From Candidatus Thorarchaeota archaeon (GTDB lineage: Archaea; Asgardarchaeota; Thorarchaeia; Thorarchaeales; Thorarchaeaceae), in the NCBI GenBank assembly GCA_003345545.1, contig PRDH01000017.1, positions 11,923 through 75,922 of the forward strand: DNA of 64,000 bases. The letters are read 5' to 3'. A program made the translations under genes and the position numbers. Below, in pieces: positions 60,678-64,000 of the stretch. Numbering within the stretch: the first letter of the stretch is position 1; each line of letters begins with the position of its first letter. The notes beneath the pieces are model-generated. The model saw only the letters and a list, made by a program, of their open reading frames with translations, was not told the origin of the DNA and made no database searches.

Positions 60678-62080
60678 CAAGCACCTATGCTCTGCAGGAA
60701 TTTGGTCCTCTTCCTGATGCCATTCAGCATCTGGACTGCTTCTTCAATGGTATCCGCAACTGGAACGCCATTCAGCTCAAATCCCCTGATAATGACCTCG
60801 TACTTCTCTAGGTCTGGGACATAGGCTACTACAGGTTTCGCTTGTTGTTTTGACACGTTGGCAACTCTCGCGCCAATCTGAAGAGAAATACCAGGCGCAT
60901 ACGGAAGCAACAGCAAGAGACCTGCGTCTATCTTTTCAATCTTGAGCATCCTGTCCAAAACTCTTTCGAAGTCGATATCTGAAGCACTTCCGGTGAGATC
61001 ACATGGATTTCTAAACGACGCGATGCTCTGATAGGCGGGTGTCATTACTTCTCGCATCAGACTTTGCTCTTCTGCAGAAAACTGTGGGAATTCAAGCCCA
61101 TAGGGAGAGGCTTCATCACTAGCTATGACCCCGTGGCCGCCGCTCACAGATAGCGCTCCGATTCTACTACTCTTCATATGTTTGGGTTCGAATGAGAAGA
61201 CTTTTGCGTACGCCATCAGTTCATCTTCATCCCTTGCATGGATCAATCCATACTGCTGAAATGCAGCTCCTGCAACAGCTTGGTCTCCGGCCAGGGAGGA
61301 AGTGTGGCTTTGAGTAGCTCTGTGACCGGCTTCTGACTCTCCGCCCTTCAAAACGATTACTGGTTTTTCAACCACTATCTTTCTACAGGCTTTAACAAAC
61401 CGGCGTCCGTCTCCTTCTCCGAATCCCTCCAAATAGCAAACGATGACATTCACGTCATCATCGTTGCCAAAGTATTCAATGAAGTCGGTTACCTTGGTCT
61501 GAGCTTCATTTCCGATAGAAACTGCCGCTGCAATACCGACTCTTCTTGCTGCGAACTCCTCTAGCCTCTCAACGAGCCAACCCCCGCTCTGTGAGATAAT
61601 CACGGCGTGCCCCTTTCGAGGTCGAGCAACACGTTCTGAAGGGAGGAAGAATGTATCCAACACATCTGGGACATAGACCCCGATGCAGTTTGGCCCGACC
61701 ATGGAGATACGGTATTCATCTGCAATCCCCACAATCTTTGACTGCAGATCTACTCCATCTCCTCCAATCTCTGCAAAACCGCCAGAAACCACGATGACTG
61801 CTTTGATGCCTTTCTCGCCGCATTCTATCAGTGTCTTTGGCACATACTCTGCGGGAATAGAAATGACAGCGAGATCGATCTCACCTGGGGCTTCCGTGAT
61901 TGACTTGTAAACCTCAACTCCCTCTACAAGACCCCCCTTCGGATTAATTGGATATGTGCGGATACCGTTTTCGAAGGCTAGTTTTCTAAAGATGACATTG
62001 CCAGGCGAGAAGGGATTTGACGTTGACACTCCCACAACAGCTGTCGTTTTCGGGTTCAGCATAGTCCTTATGCCGGTCAT
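60674..62080 (-). CDS. acdA: ADP-forming acyl-CoA synthetase, alpha subunit
   Basis: SGGFAE, GPNCIG, SQSGG, SHT phospho-His and NPCDLTG. Confidence 0.85.
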   Translation of the reverse strand: MTGIRTMLNPKTTAVVGVSTSNPFSPGNVIFRKLAFENGIRTYPINPKGGLVEGVEVYKSITEAPGEIDLAVISIPAEYVPKTLIECGEKGIKAVIVVSGGFAEIGGDGVDLQSKIVGIADEYRISMVGPNCIGVYVPDVLDTFFLPSERVARPRKGHAVIISQSGGWLVERLEEFAARRVGIAAAVSIGNEAQTKVTDFIEYFGNDDDVNVIVCYLEGFGEGDGRRFVKACRKIVVEKPVIVLKGGESEAGHRATQSHTSSLAGDQAVAGAAFQQYGLIHARDEDELMAYAKVFSFEPKHMKSSRIGALSVSGGHGVIASDEASPYGLEFPQFSAEEQSLMREVMTPAYQSIASFRNPCDLTGSASDIDFERVLDRMLKIEKIDAGLLLLLPYAPGISLQIGARVANVSKQQAKPVVAYVPDLEKYEVIIRGFELNGVPVADTIEEAVQMLNGIRKRTKFLQSIGAC

Positions 62081-62167
62081 ATCTCTCCCTCGTGTATATC
62101 AAATCTAGGTGCAGTATTGCTTATATGAGCTGTGCATTCAAGCCATCAGAACTCATCATTTTCGTGT

Positions 62168-63232
62168 CTATGGCTTCATTTGCGTGAACATCTCTTGAAG
62201 TCGAGCCTCGGCCAGAATTGCATGCTGGAGCTTGCATAGCATCTTGGTAACCTCAGCGTAGATGACTCTTCTCGGTTCGTCCGTTGCAGATTCAGCATTA
62301 TGAAGAGCCTCCTCGCATTCTTGATTCAGTCTCTTAATCAGCCGTTTCTCAAGTTCAGGGCCACCCCATCCGAATCCATCAAATGCAGTTTGTGCTTCTA
62401 GAATCTTCTCCTTGGCATCCACCTTGTCCTCTTTCAAGACCCCCTCAACGCCGGCGAAATACTTGGCTACTGCTCGTTCAATTCTCTCAACCTCAGAGCT
62501 GCTGACATAGCTCTCCTGTTCACGATTCTTCATGAGTTCCTGCAACAGTCTAGCTCCTGGCGCCTCTGTCAATAATCCCTTTATGATTTTCGCCAAGATT
62601 CGGGACGGTAGCTCAATAACATCCCCCAAGTAAGGTGAATCCGACTTGTACTTGTGGATCTCCCTTAAGACCTCCAACCAGAAAGTTGGCAGAAGGACGT
62701 GCTCTCTCTGACTGTATTGTTGAATCAGGCGTTGAGTCTGCCCAATGAGACCAAACATATCATCTTCCACATCGACCTTTTTGTATGCCTCTAGGGGCTT
62801 CATAGGTACTTGTACTGCGGGTGGAACTAGCTCGGTTTCAGTACCCTGTGGCTGAGTTGGCTTAAGCTGCTCAGCGCGACTTGTTTCGTGTCCTGAATCA
62901 AGGAGGGACAAAATCTCGCGTGCCGGGGTTATCTCTGCCTCCTTTGCCTTACTGGATAGCTTTGGTAATAGACTTTCAATCTGGGCAAGACGTTTGACGA
63001 TTAGACTGAGAATGTTCTGAGTTGAAGGAGGAACGCCCTTCATTGTTGTGGCTTCTTCCATCCATTTTCTTGTTCTCAGCAGTCCCTGTGTGAGAGAATC
63101 AACTCTATCCGGATCTACGACCTCCTCAACCTGGATGCTGAGGAGGAAGTGGATCAATGTGGAGTTCAGCGTCACAATGAGCAGCAATCTGTCAATCAGG
63201 TCCGCGGAATGGAAAGAAGCCTCATCCGACAA
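62168..63232 (-). CDS. Hypothetical helical protein, probably co-transcribed with the upstream FtsZ/tubulin-like gene
   Basis: 354-aa ORF 14 nt downstream of the previous stop; two helical regions joined by a Pro/Gln/Thr linker. Confidence 0.7.
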   Translation of the reverse strand: MSDEASFHSADLIDRLLLIVTLNSTLIHFLLSIQVEEVVDPDRVDSLTQGLLRTRKWMEEATTMKGVPPSTQNILSLIVKRLAQIESLLPKLSSKAKEAEITPAREILSLLDSGHETSRAEQLKPTQPQGTETELVPPAVQVPMKPLEAYKKVDVEDDMFGLIGQTQRLIQQYSQREHVLLPTFWLEVLREIHKYKSDSPYLGDVIELPSRILAKIIKGLLTEAPGARLLQELMKNREQESYVSSSEVERIERAVAKYFAGVEGVLKEDKVDAKEKILEAQTAFDGFGWGGPELEKRLIKRLNQECEEALHNAESATDEPRRVIYAEVTKMLCKLQHAILAEARLQEMFTQMKP

Positions 63233-63246
63233 CTACACACACTCCA

Positions 63247-63999
63247 CTACTCTATTGATTCTCCGGGACTCATGTAGTAGCTAAACAGCTCACGGAAGTC
63301 ATTTATTGCGTCAACCAGCTCTTTTCTTGATGTTCCTTTGGACCGCATGAACCAGCCTTGTTTCAATGGCGATGCGCCACTGTGCAAGTTCACCAGCTGC
63401 GTGGCTTCATTGATGATAGTGACTAGTTCTGGTATCTTCGGAAGACCGAGAAGAAGGAGCAAGTTTGTCTTTGCATCAGGAACGTGGTATTGCACATAAC
63501 ATGGTGTTATTGCGGCTCCTGGCGCGATGAATTTCTCCAGTGCTTCTTTGAGGTGCATCCCATACTCAGCTTTAGCAATATGGGTCGGACCAGACATCAC
63601 ATAGTATACACTCTCTGCGTTTGGCTCCTCCCCGACATCTGCATAGCTGCATTCCTTCACTGCATAGTCAATCATCGTTCGAAGTTGTTTTGGCATACTA
63701 CCTGCATCAGGGATGAGACCAATATCGGTGTACAGAGCTGGAACAACTACCGGGTCGAGCTTTCGTGCGTAGTCTGCTAGATCCGTGGTTGGGAAGACAT
63801 CCTTTGCGCTCTCCCAGACACCAGGTGATAACATTGCTTCAACAACATCAAGCGCAAGTGGGTTGACAAGCTCGACGAAAGCTTGTTCTGTTCGAGCCTC
63901 AGCAGCACTGGCTTCATCAAGTGTCGAGGGAACCATGCTCTCGATGGAGTCGATGTCTGCTATGTCAACTGCAAGTTCCTTTCGTAGGTAGTCGACGGT
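63247..63999 (-). CDS. 3' part of a divergent FtsZ/CetZ/tubulin-superfamily protein (5'-truncated by the window edge)
   Basis: Frame open to the edge; AFVELVNP..MLSPG..TTDLADYARKL (H7/T7/H8-like), AESVYYVMSGP and LLLLLGLPKIPEL. Confidence 0.55.
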   Translation of the reverse strand, partial: TVDYLRKELAVDIADIDSIESMVPSTLDEASAAEARTEQAFVELVNPLALDVVEAMLSPGVWESAKDVFPTTDLADYARKLDPVVVPALYTDIGLIPDAGSMPKQLRTMIDYAVKECSYADVGEEPNAESVYYVMSGPTHIAKAEYGMHLKEALEKFIAPGAAITPCYVQYHVPDAKTNLLLLLGLPKIPELVTIINEATQLVNLHSGASPLKQGWFMRSKGTSRKELVDAINDFRELFSYYMSPGESIE

Positions 64000-64000
64000 A

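Noticed and set aside
1-64000. CRISPR array, IS/transposase, integrase or prophage (including integration at tRNA-Cys)
   Set aside because: No repeat-spacer periodicity, mobile-element genes or duplicated tRNA 3' end were seen by eye.

Overview
This is a gene-dense archaeal chromosomal segment with no phage, IS element or CRISPR array visible. It is most consistent with an Asgard archaeon, probably Thorarchaeia (inference from longin/small-GTPase proteins, Sec11-type signal peptidase, type 2 IPP isomerase, ADP-forming acyl-CoA synthetase, ATP-dependent DNA ligase and frequent TTG/GTG starts). It holds a tRNA-Cys(GCA) and about 55 CDSs, mostly housekeeping, peptide/amino-acid catabolism (TldD/E, Ggt, AspA, Kbl), GNATs and membrane proteins. 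Highlights: (1) a tandem pair of apparent paralogues with longin-[G domain]-longin-2x winged-helix architecture, one an intact small GTPase and the other an apparent pseudo-GTPase, reminiscent of heterodimeric eukaryotic longin complexes such as GATOR1 NPRL2/NPRL3; (2) directly upstream, an Alw26I/Eco31I/Esp3I-type m6A plus circularly permuted m5C methyltransferase pair with no adjacent endonuclease, in the same reading frame and separated by one TAG; (3) a NAD-kinase-HTH fusion with a degenerate GGDGT motif, divergent from nadA; (4) a truncated, divergent FtsZ/CetZ/tubulin-like gene at the right edge; (5) an unannotated 34-aa CxxC membrane microprotein and two candidate structured RNAs. All family calls come from motif recognition by eye; no searches were run.
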